Assembly (NCBI GenBank): GCA_038322045.1
Contig: JBBQFP010000007.1
Location: 21,924 to 85,923 of the forward strand
Source of the DNA: Actinomycetes bacterium
GTDB lineage: Bacteria > Actinomycetota > Actinomycetes > JBBQFP01
Length of the DNA stretch: 64,000 nt
Direction of reading: 5' to 3'
Shown here: positions 46,929 to 55,957 of the stretch, piece by piece
Layout: each line of letters starts with the position of its first letter
Numbering within the stretch: the first letter of the stretch is position 1
Translations under genes and position numbers: made by a program
The notes under the pieces: generated by a model
What the model saw: only the letters and a program-made list of their open reading frames with translations
Databases searched by the model: none
What the model was told of the DNA's origin: nothing

Positions 46929-47597
46929 GTGGCCGAGCTGGTGTTCTTCACCGGGACGATGGACTGCGGCAAGTCGACCCTCGCCCTCCAGCTCGACCAC
47001 AACAACCGGGCGAGAGGGCGCCGGGGCCTGATCTTCACCTCCCGCGACCGCGCGGGGGAGTCGGTCCTCTCCAGCCGCCTCGGGCTGCGGGTCCCGGCCC
47101 GCGAGGTCACCGCCGAGACGGACTTCTGGCGAGAGGTCACCGAGGAGCTCCTCCACGGAGCCGTCGTCGACTACCTCCTCTGCGACGAGGCGATGTTCTA
47201 CGCCACCGAGCAGGTCGACCAGCTGGCGGCCGTCGTCGACGAGCTCGGCGTCGACGTCATGGCGTTCGGACTGACGACGGACTTCCGCAGCCGGCTGTTC
47301 CCCGGCTCGGCCCGGCTCGTCGAGCTCGCCGACCGGATCGAGGTCCTCCAGGTCCGGGCGCTGTGCTGGTGCGGGGCCCGTGGCACGCACAACGCCCGTA
47401 CCGTCGCCGGGACGATGGTCGTCGAGGGCGAGCAGGTGGTCCCCGGTGACGTCGCCCCTCCGGCCGGCGAGGGCAGCGGCGCCGACGTCGGCTACGAGGT
47501 GCTCTGCCGCCGCCACCACCGGCACCGGATGACCGCAGCCCGCGCCAAGGCACCGGCGCTCTCCGTCGACGTCCTTCCTTTCGGCCCGGCGAGCTGA
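46929..47597 (+). CDS. tdk: Thymidine kinase
   Basis: ORF 46929..47597. P-loop GTMDCGKST, LCDEAMF, zinc site CWCG...CRRHH. Confidence 0.9.
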   Translation: MAELVFFTGTMDCGKSTLALQLDHNNRARGRRGLIFTSRDRAGESVLSSRLGLRVPAREVTAETDFWREVTEELLHGAVVDYLLCDEAMFYATEQVDQLAAVVDELGVDVMAFGLTTDFRSRLFPGSARLVELADRIEVLQVRALCWCGARGTHNARTVAGTMVVEGEQVVPGDVAPPAGEGSGADVGYEVLCRRHHRHRMTAARAKAPALSVDVLPFGPAS

Positions 47598-47614
47598 TGA
47601 CGCCCTCGGCGGTC

Positions 47615-47676
47615 GCGCGGGGTAGCACCCCGCGCTGGGAGCCGTAGGCGAGCAGCCCGACGCGACCCCTACGGCT
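47615..47676 (+). terminator. Two consecutive GC-rich hairpins after tdk
   Basis: GCGCGGGG-tagca-CCCCGCGC (47615-47635, perfect 8 bp), then AGCCGTAGG...CCTACGGCT (47640-47676, 9 bp, 19-nt loop). No U-tract. Confidence 0.45.
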
Positions 47677-47704
47677 GGGCCTGCGCGCTGCCGATGATCT
47701 CAGG

Positions 47705-48382
47705 GTGACGAGATGGACGTCGATCACCGCGACCGCGCTCGCGCTCGTCGTCGTGCTTCGCTGGGTGCTCAGCCGGCATGACTCCCTCGGGCGGGCGCGC
47801 CGGTTCCCCTGGGCGAGCGTCGTGCTGCTCGTCGTCCTCGCCCTGGGGACAGCGACGCTGCAGCTGCGCCACGAGGGGCTCGAGCGCCGGCTGTCGAGGG
47901 TCGCAGGCCGCCTCGACGGCGTCGGCGTCACGGTGCGCTGCCAGAGCCTCGGCAAGGAGATGGTCGACGTCGGCAGCGAGCTCGGCTACGTCCGGTGGGG
48001 GCCCGACGGCGTGCCCGAGCACAGCACGCTCATCAAGCGCGAGCAGTGCGCCGACCTCGCCTCGTACCTCGCCTCCCCGCACGGGACGCCGACCCCCGGG
48101 CAGGTCATCGCCGTTCACGTCCTCACCCACGAGGCGATGCACATGGCCGGGCTCACCGGCGAGGCGCAGGCGGAGTGTGCAGCGGTCCAGCGCGACGCCG
48201 ATACCGCCCGTCGCCTCGGCGCGAGCCCGGTCGAGGCCCAGGCCCTCGCCGTCGAGTACTGGACGACGACGTATCCGCGGATGCCCGAGGACTACCGCAC
48301 CGCGGACTGCGCGCCGGGCGGGCCGCTCGACGAGGGCGGGCCGGACGCGCCGTGGCTGCCGGCCGGTCTCGGCTCCTCCTGA
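47705..48382 (+). CDS. Hypothetical membrane-anchored protein with HExxH motif
   Basis: ORF 47705..48382. Two N-terminal hydrophobic segments, then a domain with VLTHEAMHMAGL and four Cys residues. Confidence 0.55.
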   Translation: MTRWTSITATALALVVVLRWVLSRHDSLGRARRFPWASVVLLVVLALGTATLQLRHEGLERRLSRVAGRLDGVGVTVRCQSLGKEMVDVGSELGYVRWGPDGVPEHSTLIKREQCADLASYLASPHGTPTPGQVIAVHVLTHEAMHMAGLTGEAQAECAAVQRDADTARRLGASPVEAQALAVEYWTTTYPRMPEDYRTADCAPGGPLDEGGPDAPWLPAGLGSS

Positions 48383-48434
48383 TCTGGCACCGCGACGCGG
48401 CCGCGCGTGAAGAGGCGGCCTCGCGGCGGGGGCC

Positions 48435-49298
48435 TCAGTCCTCGGTACGAGTCCCGAAGACGATGTCGTCCCAGCTCGGCACGGCGGCGCGCCGGGGACC
48501 ACGGCCCTGCACCGGCGCCGGACGGCGCGGCCGCTCGGCGGTGCGCCGGTTCTGGGCAGCCGCGGGCGTGTCATCGGTGGTCTCGCCCGTCGGCTCGCCG
48601 TCGTGGACTGACGCTGCGCCGACGTCCTCCTGCTCGGGTTCGTGCTCCGGCTCGAGCTCGGGGGAGGGCAGCAGCGTCATCGTCTCCCGGCGCGGCGGGG
48701 CCACCGAGCGCACCGGCGCGGACGGCCGGGTCCCGCTGGAGCCGGTCAGCCAGCGCGCGTCGTCGTCGAGCGGGGTGACGACCCGCCGACGGGGGTCGAA
48801 CAGCCAGTGTGCCCGCCCCGGGCCGCCGGCGCCGAGATAGGTGAGCTCGACGTCCCAGGTCGCGTCCTCGCGACGCCAGGAGTCCCAGACGAACGTGTCG
48901 GGGTTGATCCCGCTTGCCTTGAGGCGTGCGGTGACGAGCTCGTCGAGGGTCCCTGCGGGGGTGTCGTCGCGGCGGATCTGCGCCGTGCGGGCCTGCGCGG
49001 CCATGTGGGCGCGCTCCCCGAGCACCGGACCCTCGAAGCGCGCGACCTGGTCGACGGGCATGGCCGAGGCGGCGGCGATCTCCTCGGCTGACTCGCCCGC
49101 ACGGATCCGGGCCTGGATCTCCCTGGGCCGCATCATGGCCTCGAGGGGGACCGCGAGCTGGCCGAGGCGCTCCCGGTCGTTGCGCAGCGCCGCCCGCACC
49201 CGGCCGTCCGCGACGAGGGAGTACTGAGCCCCCTCGGCATCGGCGAGCAGCAGGGTGCCGCCGTCCTCGGTGACGGCGACGAGGCGGAGGTCTCGCAC
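48435..49298 (-). CDS. sepH: Septation protein SepH (DUF3071)
   Basis: ORF 48435..49298. MRDLRLVAVTEDGGTLLLAD...REIQARIRAGESAEEIA (HTH) and C-terminal VPSWDDIVFGTR. GAGGAG SD. Confidence 0.8.
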   Translation of the reverse strand: MRDLRLVAVTEDGGTLLLADAEGAQYSLVADGRVRAALRNDRERLGQLAVPLEAMMRPREIQARIRAGESAEEIAAASAMPVDQVARFEGPVLGERAHMAAQARTAQIRRDDTPAGTLDELVTARLKASGINPDTFVWDSWRREDATWDVELTYLGAGGPGRAHWLFDPRRRVVTPLDDDARWLTGSSGTRPSAPVRSVAPPRRETMTLLPSPELEPEHEPEQEDVGAASVHDGEPTGETTDDTPAAAQNRRTAERPRRPAPVQGRGPRRAAVPSWDDIVFGTRTED

Positions 49299-49509
49299 GG
49301 GGGCTCCTCTGGCTACGACGGGCGGCGTCGGTTCCGGGGCGGACGCCGCACGCCATGGCGTCCTTGCCGGCGTCCCCCTCCGGGGGATGCGGTGCCTAGC
49401 CTGCCAGTCAACCCGTCCGCGTCCTACCGTCAGGGCCGGGCACGTCCGGCCCGCGCCTGCCAGACGGCGTCGGCGTCCGGCAGACAGGCGCCGGCGCCGT
49501 CCTCCGGTC

Positions 49510-50781
49510 TCACCCCGCCGGGACGGCCGCCGGCGTCCCGGGCGTGGGCGCCGGGACGAGGGTCCGGCGCAACGAGCCGGTGACGAGCACGGTGAGCAGC
49601 GATCCGACGACGACCACGGCGAAGCCGGCCCGCGGCGAGACCGCGTCGACCACCACGCCGGCAGCCGAGGCGCCCGCCGCGACGCCGAGGCCGATGGCGG
49701 TGACCGTCCACGTGAGGCCCTCGGTCATCCGCGCCTCGGGCATGAGGTTCTCGACGAGCTGGTTGCCGGGGATGAGGGTCGGGGAGATCGCCAGGCCGCA
49801 GGCGAAGGCGGCGACCGCGAGCGCCGGGATCGAGGGCATGAGCCCGAGCGGCACCGCCGTGACCGCCATGGCGACCGCCCCGACGAGCAGCCTGCGGTCT
49901 GGCCCGGCGGTGAAGTGGCGCAACCCGTAGACCAGCCCGGACAGGCCGCTGCCGAGAGCGAAGACGGCGAGCACCGCCCCTGCGGCACCGCGGTGACCCC
50001 ACTCGTCGAGCACCGCGACGACGACGACGTCGAGCGCGCCGAGCGCAAGACCCAGTGCCGCGAAGACGACGACGAGCGTGCGCAGCCCGCTGATCCGCAG
50101 GGCGGTGCCCTCGGAGTGGCGCGTGCCGGCCGGGCGTGGCTCGGTGGAGCGCAGCCCGGCGAAGATGACGACGCCGACGACGCCGAGCGCTGTGGCGACC
50201 GCCAGCGCGATCGTCGGCGTCAGCCCGGTCGCCAGGAGGGTCACGGCCACCGGTCCGACGATGAAGACGAGCTCGTCGACGACCGACTCGTAGGAGAAGG
50301 CCGTGTGCAGCGACGGGGTGCCGCCCACGAGCGCGCTCCACCGGGTGCGGACGAGGGAGCCCACCGAGAGCATCGAGGCGCCGGCGGCAGCAGCGGCGAG
50401 GAAGTACGTGACGACGGGGGCCCCGAGTCCCGCGCAGAGCAGGAGCGTCGCCATGGCCGACGCGTGGACGACGACGGCGGGCAGCAGGACCCGCCGCTGC
50501 CCGACCCGGTCGACGAGCCGACCGAGCAGGGGGGCGCTCACGGCTTGCGCGAGGACGAACGCAGCGACGACGGAGCCGGCAAGTGCATAGCGACCGGTGG
50601 CCTCGCGGACGAGGAAGACGATGCCGAGGCCGAGCATGGAGATGGGGAGCCGTCCGAGCAGTCCTGCGCAGGAGAAGGCCAGTGCCCCGGGCAGTCGGAG
50701 CAGGTCTCGGTACGGGCGCAGCACGAGCAAGGACCTCCGAGGCCGTGACAGGGGGACAACCATCCAACGGTACGCCTGCAC
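49510..50781 (-). CDS. MFS transporter
   Basis: ORF 49510..50781. About 12 TM segments, and a [11 protein letters not shown] loop typical of MFS motif A. Start uncertain (GTG 50781 or ATG 50763). Confidence 0.8.
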   Translation of the reverse strand: MQAYRWMVVPLSRPRRSLLVLRPYRDLLRLPGALAFSCAGLLGRLPISMLGLGIVFLVREATGRYALAGSVVAAFVLAQAVSAPLLGRLVDRVGQRRVLLPAVVVHASAMATLLLCAGLGAPVVTYFLAAAAAGASMLSVGSLVRTRWSALVGGTPSLHTAFSYESVVDELVFIVGPVAVTLLATGLTPTIALAVATALGVVGVVIFAGLRSTEPRPAGTRHSEGTALRISGLRTLVVVFAALGLALGALDVVVVAVLDEWGHRGAAGAVLAVFALGSGLSGLVYGLRHFTAGPDRRLLVGAVAMAVTAVPLGLMPSIPALAVAAFACGLAISPTLIPGNQLVENLMPEARMTEGLTWTVTAIGLGVAAGASAAGVVVDAVSPRAGFAVVVVGSLLTVLVTGSLRRTLVPAPTPGTPAAVPAG

Positions 50782-50858
50782 GATGCAGTCCCACGATCGG
50801 CCTGGTCGTCCACCGGCCAGCGAGCGGCGGCTCGACGAGGCTGGGAGGATCGTGCGTT

Positions 50859-51956
50859 GTGACCTCGCTAGCGCACCCGCTGCGCACCTATGACGCCGTC
50901 CTCCTCGTCTGCTTCGGCGGTCCCGAGGGTCCCGACGACGTCCTCCCGTTCCTTCAGAACGTCACGCGCGGCCGCGGGATCCCCGACGAGCGGCTCGCCG
51001 AGGTCGGCGAGCACTACACGCTCTTCGGCGGCGTCAGTCCGATCAACGAGCAGTGTCGTGACCTGCTCGCGGCGATCCGCGCCGACCTCGCCGCCCACGG
51101 CGTCGACGTGCCGGTGTACTGGGGAAACCGCAACTGGGATCCCTACCTGGCCGCGACGCTGCAGCAGATGTCCGACGACGGCGTCCGCCGGGCCATCGCC
51201 TTCGTCACGAGCGCCTACTCGTCGTACTCAGGCTGCCGGCAGTACCGCGAGGACCTCGCCGCGGCGCTCGGGCAGGTGACCGGCGACAAGCCGCGGATCG
51301 ACAAGCTGCGCCACTACTTCGACCACCCCTCCTTCGTCGAGCCGATGGTCGACACCACCCTCGCTGCGCTGGCCGAGCTGCCCGAAGGGACGTCGGCCGG
51401 CGCCGTCCTGGCCTTCACGACCCACAGCCTCCCGTTGGCCTCGGCGAGCACGAGCGGGCCGCAGGGGGGTGCCTACGAGGCCCAGCACCGCGAGGTCGCT
51501 CGGCTCATCTCCGAGGAGGTCGCGGCGCGCACCGGCATCGTCCACGACTGGGAGCTCGTCTACTGCAGCCGCAGCGGACCGCCGAGCCAGCCCTGGCTCG
51601 AGCCCGACGTCAGCGACGCCCTGCGCCGGTGGACGTCCGAGGGACGGCCGGCTGTCGCCGTGGTGCCCATCGGCTTCATCTCCGACCACATGGAGGTGAT
51701 CTTCGACCTCGACACCGAAGCGCGGGCGAAGGCCGAGGAGCTCGACCTGCCGATGTCACGGGCGGCCACCGTCGGGACCGACCCGCGGTTCGTCGCCATG
51801 GTCCGCGAGCTCGTCCTCGAGCGCGACGCCCTCGAGGCCGGCGAGAGCCCGGAGCGCCGGGCGCTCGGGTGCTTCGGCGTCATGCACGACGTCTGTCCGG
51901 TGGGGTGCTGCCCTAACACGCGCAGCCCCCGCCCCGCGGTCGCAGGGATGGACTGA
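50859..51956 (+). CDS. hemH: Ferrochelatase (coproporphyrin ferrochelatase type with C-terminal Cys cluster)
   Basis: ORF 50583..51956 trimmed to GTG 50859 (GGGAGGA SD). [37 protein letters not shown]-terminal [16 protein letters not shown] suggests a [2Fe-2S] site, as in other actinobacterial enzymes. Confidence 0.88.
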   Translation: MTSLAHPLRTYDAVLLVCFGGPEGPDDVLPFLQNVTRGRGIPDERLAEVGEHYTLFGGVSPINEQCRDLLAAIRADLAAHGVDVPVYWGNRNWDPYLAATLQQMSDDGVRRAIAFVTSAYSSYSGCRQYREDLAAALGQVTGDKPRIDKLRHYFDHPSFVEPMVDTTLAALAELPEGTSAGAVLAFTTHSLPLASASTSGPQGGAYEAQHREVARLISEEVAARTGIVHDWELVYCSRSGPPSQPWLEPDVSDALRRWTSEGRPAVAVVPIGFISDHMEVIFDLDTEARAKAEELDLPMSRAATVGTDPRFVAMVRELVLERDALEAGESPERRALGCFGVMHDVCPVGCCPNTRSPRPAVAGMD

Positions 51957-52768
51957 TGGGCGCCACGCCCGACCCGCGGCTGCTCCTCGCGCTCGCGGTC
52001 GACGCCGCGCACGAGGCGGGGGAGCTGCTCCTGCGGCGACCCGCGGATCTTGGCGTCGGCACGAAGTCCAGTCCTACCGACGTCGTCACCGTCATGGACA
52101 CCGCGGCCGAGCGGCTCATCCGCGGACGGGTGCTCGCCGCTCGACCCGACGACGCCATCCTCGGCGAGGAGGGCTCCGACGACGCCGGCACCAGCGGCGT
52201 GCGATGGGTGGTGGACCCCCTCGACGGCACGGTGAACTACCTCTACGGGTTGCCGCAGTGGGCGGTGAGCATCGGCGTCGAGGTCGACGGCGTGGTCGTC
52301 GCCGGGGTCGTCCACGACCCGTCCAAGCGCGAGACGTGGACGGCCGTCCGGGGCGAAGGTGCCTGGCTCGACGGCGACCGGCTCCAGGTGAGCGGCTGTC
52401 GCGAGCTCTCCCAGGCCCTGGTCGCGACCGGCTTCGGCTACGAGGTGGCCGAGCGGGTGCGGCAGGGCACGATCGTCGCCGACCTCATCGGCCGGGTGCG
52501 CGACATCCGCCGGCTGGGCGCAGCCTCGCTGGACCTGTGCTCGCTCGCGGCGGGGCGGGTCGACGGCTACTTCGAGCGAGGGCTCAACCCGTGGGACCTC
52601 GCCGCGGGCGGACTTCTCGCCAGCGAGGCGGGTGCGGTCGTCGGTGGGCTGGTCGGCGTGCCGGCCGGCAAGAACCTCGTCGTCGCAGCCGGTCCCGCCC
52701 TGTTCCCGCTGCTCCACGACGCCCTCGCGCCCTGGCGCCCCGATCTCGGGCCTGCCGCCGAGGGCTGA
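51956..52768 (+). CDS. suhB: Inositol monophosphatase family protein
   Basis: ORF 51956..52768. ATG overlaps the hemH stop (TGATG). ILGEEGSD, WVVDPLDGTVNY, WDLAAG. Confidence 0.85.
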   Translation: MGATPDPRLLLALAVDAAHEAGELLLRRPADLGVGTKSSPTDVVTVMDTAAERLIRGRVLAARPDDAILGEEGSDDAGTSGVRWVVDPLDGTVNYLYGLPQWAVSIGVEVDGVVVAGVVHDPSKRETWTAVRGEGAWLDGDRLQVSGCRELSQALVATGFGYEVAERVRQGTIVADLIGRVRDIRRLGAASLDLCSLAAGRVDGYFERGLNPWDLAAGGLLASEAGAVVGGLVGVPAGKNLVVAAGPALFPLLHDALAPWRPDLGPAAEG

Positions 52769-52837
52769 CCGGCCTCGTCAGCCGGCGTCGCCGCGGCCGC
52801 CGCCACGAGACCGGGCGAGGCTCGTGCGGCCGCCGCG
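52764..52837 (+). terminator. Two stem-loops after suhB: a 6-bp hairpin over the stop codon and a ~16-bp imperfect stem
   Basis: GCTGAC-cggcctc-GTCAGC (52764-52782). Then 52792-52809 pairs with 52821-52837 as 6 bp + 1-nt bulge + 4 bp + 1 mismatch + 6 bp, around the loop ACCGGGCGAGG. Confidence 0.4.
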
Positions 52838-53102
52838 AGCCGGTGGGCGCCGAGGAGAGTCCGCGTGAGCGGCGTCACGCTGTGCTCGGTGGCGACTTAG
52901 GGCACAATGCCGCCTCCGAGGGCGGTCACCGGCGGCCGCCCCCGGCCGGGCAGCCGGTGGGCACAAACGGGGACCGTGCTGCGTTGGACGGGCCACGCGG
53001 GCAGGTGCGCGCGGCTCGTCGGTTCGGCTCGACGACGTCCGCTCGCCGGAACAGGCTTCGCTCGCACCACCCCGCCCGCCCCACGTACGAAGGACGTGTC
53101 TC

Positions 53103-53402
53103 ATGGCTACCGACTACGACACCCCGCGCAAGACCGACGACGAGCTCAACGAGGACTCCATCGAGGAGCTCAAGGCCCGCCGGGTCGACAAGAGCTCAGG
53201 AACCGTCGACATCGACGAGGCCGAGCTCGCCGAGAACCTCGAGCTGCCCGGCGCCGACCTGTCCAACGAGGAGCTCAGCGTCCGGGTGCTCCCGCGCCAG
53301 GCCGACGAGTTCACGTGCTCGCGCTGCTTCCTCGTCCACCACCGCAGCCAGCTGGCCAGCGGCGAGGGCGACCGCCTCGTCTGCAAGGAGTGCGCCGCCT
53401 AG
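53103..53402 (+). CDS. DUF4193 domain-containing protein
   Basis: ORF 53103..53402. MATDYDTPRKTDDE...ADEFTCSRCFLVHHRSQLA...LVCKEC. Highly conserved actinobacterial family (Rv2699c position). GAAGGA SD. Confidence 0.85.
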   Translation: MATDYDTPRKTDDELNEDSIEELKARRVDKSSGTVDIDEAELAENLELPGADLSNEELSVRVLPRQADEFTCSRCFLVHHRSQLASGEGDRLVCKECAA

Positions 53403-53422
53403 TGCGGGGTAGTCAGCCCGAC

Positions 53423-54286
53423 ATGCCCCTCCCCCCGAGCAGCGACGAGCACCCCGACCCTTCGGCCACCACGGGCGTACCCGGCACCCGGGCCGCTGCC
53501 GGGGACGGCGTGGCGGCACGGATCGCCGAGGCGCTCGCCTCGCTCGTCGGGGGTGGTGACGACGCCGCCGAGCGCAGGGCAGCCCTCGGCTCCCTGGGCC
53601 GCTCGCTGGGCCATGCGGGCCGGGGTGCCGTCGCGCACTCCCAGCCTATGGTCCAGACCCTCATCGACGCCGCGCCGAGGATCCCCGTCCGCAACCTCGC
53701 CCTCCTGCGTGCCCAGCACGACGGCTTGGACGGCGAGGCCCTCGCCGAGGCGCTCGTGGAGTCCGCTGCCAAGCGCTCGGCGGCCATCGGCGCGGCCACG
53801 GGGGCTGTCGTGTCGGCCCAGTGGTTCGCCGCACCCACCATGCTCGCCGTCCCCGCCGAGATCCTCGCCGAGACCGTCGCCGTCGCCATGGTCGAGGTCA
53901 AGCTCCTCGCCGAGCTCCACGCGGTCTACGGCGTCCCCCTGCCCGGCAACGCGACCCAGCGGGGCAGCGCCCTCGTCCGGGCCTGGGCTGAGCGCCGCGG
54001 CGTCGACCCCCTCAAGCCCGGCACGATCACGACGGCGCTCGGCGGGCCGGCCCGTCGCCACCTGCGCAAGCGGCTGCTGCGCCGCGCCGGAACCAACGTC
54101 ACCTCCGCCGGCCCGTTGCTCACCGGCGCGGCCGTGGGCGCATTCCTCAACCGACGGGCGACCCGCGGGTTTGCCATGCGGGTGCGCGCCGACCTGCGGG
54201 TGCAGAGCGCCCGCTCCAGCCAGGCTCAGCAAGGCGCTCCCTCGGGCAGCCCGCAAACCGCGAAGGACAGCACCCGCCGGTTCTAG
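53423..54286 (+). CDS. Hypothetical protein (Ala-rich, no family recognised)
   Basis: Tail of ORF 52907..54286 from ATG 53423. Coding-like composition, with a conserved-looking core ...MLAVPAEILAETVAVAMVEVKLLAELHAVYG.... Confidence 0.5.
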   Translation: MPLPPSSDEHPDPSATTGVPGTRAAAGDGVAARIAEALASLVGGGDDAAERRAALGSLGRSLGHAGRGAVAHSQPMVQTLIDAAPRIPVRNLALLRAQHDGLDGEALAEALVESAAKRSAAIGAATGAVVSAQWFAAPTMLAVPAEILAETVAVAMVEVKLLAELHAVYGVPLPGNATQRGSALVRAWAERRGVDPLKPGTITTALGGPARRHLRKRLLRRAGTNVTSAGPLLTGAAVGAFLNRRATRGFAMRVRADLRVQSARSSQAQQGAPSGSPQTAKDSTRRF

Positions 54287-54843
54287 CCGCCTGCTGCCTC
54301 CGGCGCGCCCGGCCCCGCGGCGGGAGGTGGCGAGCCCCCGGTGGTTCCGGGGCCCGGTCGGGAGGCGGCACCGACCGCGGCGCGCCGCATCGCGTCGGCG
54401 AGCTCGACAGGACGGCGGCTCGACACCTGCCAGTACGGCGTCGGGTCGTCGGGGTCGGCGACCTCGACGACGACGGACGTCGGTACCCAGCCGCGCAGGG
54501 CGAGGAAGGCCCGCGGGTCGGCGTCCCTCGTGCGCAGCCGCGCGGTGCGCTCGGCGTCGAGGGCACGGACCCGTCCCGCGGCGCTCACGGTGAGGAAGGC
54601 CCGCCCGGCGCGCAGCCCCTCGGCCGAGACCACGACGCTCGGGGCGGAGACGACGGTGAGCCATCCGACGAGGACGACGCACCCCGCGAGCACCGCCCAC
54701 CCGGCCGGGGCGCCCAGAGCCGCTCCCACAGCCCAGGCCAGCGTCGCGGCGATGACGACGCCGAGTGCCACGAGCCACACCGGTGGCCACAGCCGCTCGA
54801 CGAAGCTCCACGACTGCGGGTCCTGCCCGCGTGCACCGGCCAC
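54283..54843 (-). CDS. DUF3093 domain-containing membrane protein
   Basis: ORF 54283..54843. SFVERLWPPVWLVALGVVIAATL, two TM segments, then ..LRAGRAFL...R..RDADPRAFLALRGWV. Position next to dut matches the family. Confidence 0.7.
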   Translation of the reverse strand: MAGARGQDPQSWSFVERLWPPVWLVALGVVIAATLAWAVGAALGAPAGWAVLAGCVVLVGWLTVVSAPSVVVSAEGLRAGRAFLTVSAAGRVRALDAERTARLRTRDADPRAFLALRGWVPTSVVVEVADPDDPTPYWQVSSRRPVELADAMRRAAVGAASRPGPGTTGGSPPPAAGPGAPEAAGG

Positions 54844-54893
54844 GTCGTGATCCTCGCACCGGGCCCGAGCACGGCGCTCGGTAAGGTTCTCCG

Positions 54894-55475
54894 GTGAGTC
54901 ACGTGAGCAGCGTCGAGCCCCCCGCGCGCGCCGAGCTCCCCGAGCGGCACCCGCAGTCGCCCGCTCCGGGGACCCACCTCGGCTCGCACTACCAGCACTG
55001 CTTCGGCTGCGGCGACGAGCAGCCGGGTGGTCTCCACATGGACATCCGGGCCGGATCCGGGGTCGACGTCCTCGGCGAGCTCGTCGTGGGCGAGACCCAC
55101 CAGGGCGCTCCCGGGCTGGCGCACGGCGGTCTCCTCGCGGCGGCCTTCGACGAGGCGATGGGCGCGGTGAACTGGATGCTGCGCCGTCCGGCCGTCACGG
55201 CCAGGCTCGAGACCGACTTCCGCCGGCCGGTGCCCGTCGGCTCGACGCTCTACATCGTCGCCCGCTGCGTCGGGGTGTCCGGCCGCAAGATCTGGCTGCG
55301 CGCCGAGGGCCACATCGACGCGCCCGACGGGCCCGTCGCCGTCGAGGCGAGCGCGCTCTTCCTCGCCGTGGGCCTCGAGCACTTCGCCTCCCACGGCCGT
55401 CCGGAGGACGTCGCACGCGCGCGCAGCGACCCTGCCGAGCGCAGCTACGCCCGGGTCTTCGAGGTCAACCCGTGA
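54894..55475 (+). CDS. PaaI-family (hotdog-fold) thioesterase
   Basis: ORF 54894..55475. CFGCG..QPGGLHM and GAPGLAHGGLLAAAFDEAMG. Confidence 0.75.
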   Translation: MSHVSSVEPPARAELPERHPQSPAPGTHLGSHYQHCFGCGDEQPGGLHMDIRAGSGVDVLGELVVGETHQGAPGLAHGGLLAAAFDEAMGAVNWMLRRPAVTARLETDFRRPVPVGSTLYIVARCVGVSGRKIWLRAEGHIDAPDGPVAVEASALFLAVGLEHFASHGRPEDVARARSDPAERSYARVFEVNP

Positions 55476-55957
55476 GCCTCGACGTCCTCGTCACCAGGCT
55501 CGACCCCGACGTGCCGCTGCCCTCGTACGCCCACCCCGGCGACGCCGGCGCCGACCTCGTGACAACCGTCGACGTCGAGCTCGCACCGGGTGAGCGCGCG
55601 ACGGTCCCCACGGGGATCGCCATCGCCCTCCCGAGTGGGTATGCCGCCTTCGTGCACCCCCGCTCCGGACTCGCCTCGAGGCTCGGAGTCGCGCTCGTCA
55701 ACGCCCCTGGGACGGTCGACGCCGGATACCGCGGAGAGATCTCCGTGGTCCTCGTCAACCACGACCCCCGGGAGCCCGTGACGCTGCGCCGTGGCGACCG
55801 GGTGGCGCAGCTCGTCGTCCAGCAGGTGGAGCGGGTGACCTTCCACGAGGTCGAGTCGCTCCCCGGCTCGGCTCGGGGCGCCGGAGGGTTCGGATCGACC
55901 GGCGGGCACGCCGCAGGTACTGACAGCAGGGCAACTGCCGTGGAGGCGACCAAGTGA
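55472..55957 (+). CDS. dut: dUTP diphosphatase
   Basis: ORF 55472..55957. GTGA overlap with the previous stop. GDAGADL, PRSGLA, GTVDAGYRGE, RGAGGFGSTG. Confidence 0.92.
   Translation: MSLDVLVTRLDPDVPLPSYAHPGDAGADLVTTVDVELAPGERATVPTGIAIALPSGYAAFVHPRSGLASRLGVALVNAPGTVDAGYRGEISVVLVNHDPREPVTLRRGDRVAQLVVQQVERVTFHEVESLPGSARGAGGFGSTGGHAAGTDSRATAVEATK

Noticed and set aside
49299-49509. 14-codon ORF (ATG 49355) and small hairpins in the 211-nt sepH leader
   Set aside because: There is no SD, the hairpins are short (5-6 bp), and nothing distinguishes them from chance structure at this GC content.
52865-52900. 11-codon ORF (GTG AGC GGC GTC ACG CTG TGC TCG GTG GCG ACT TAG) with a GGAGGA 8 nt upstream
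   Set aside because: It is too short to evaluate, and SD-like purine runs are frequent by chance. It is kept only as part of the non-coding-region finding.
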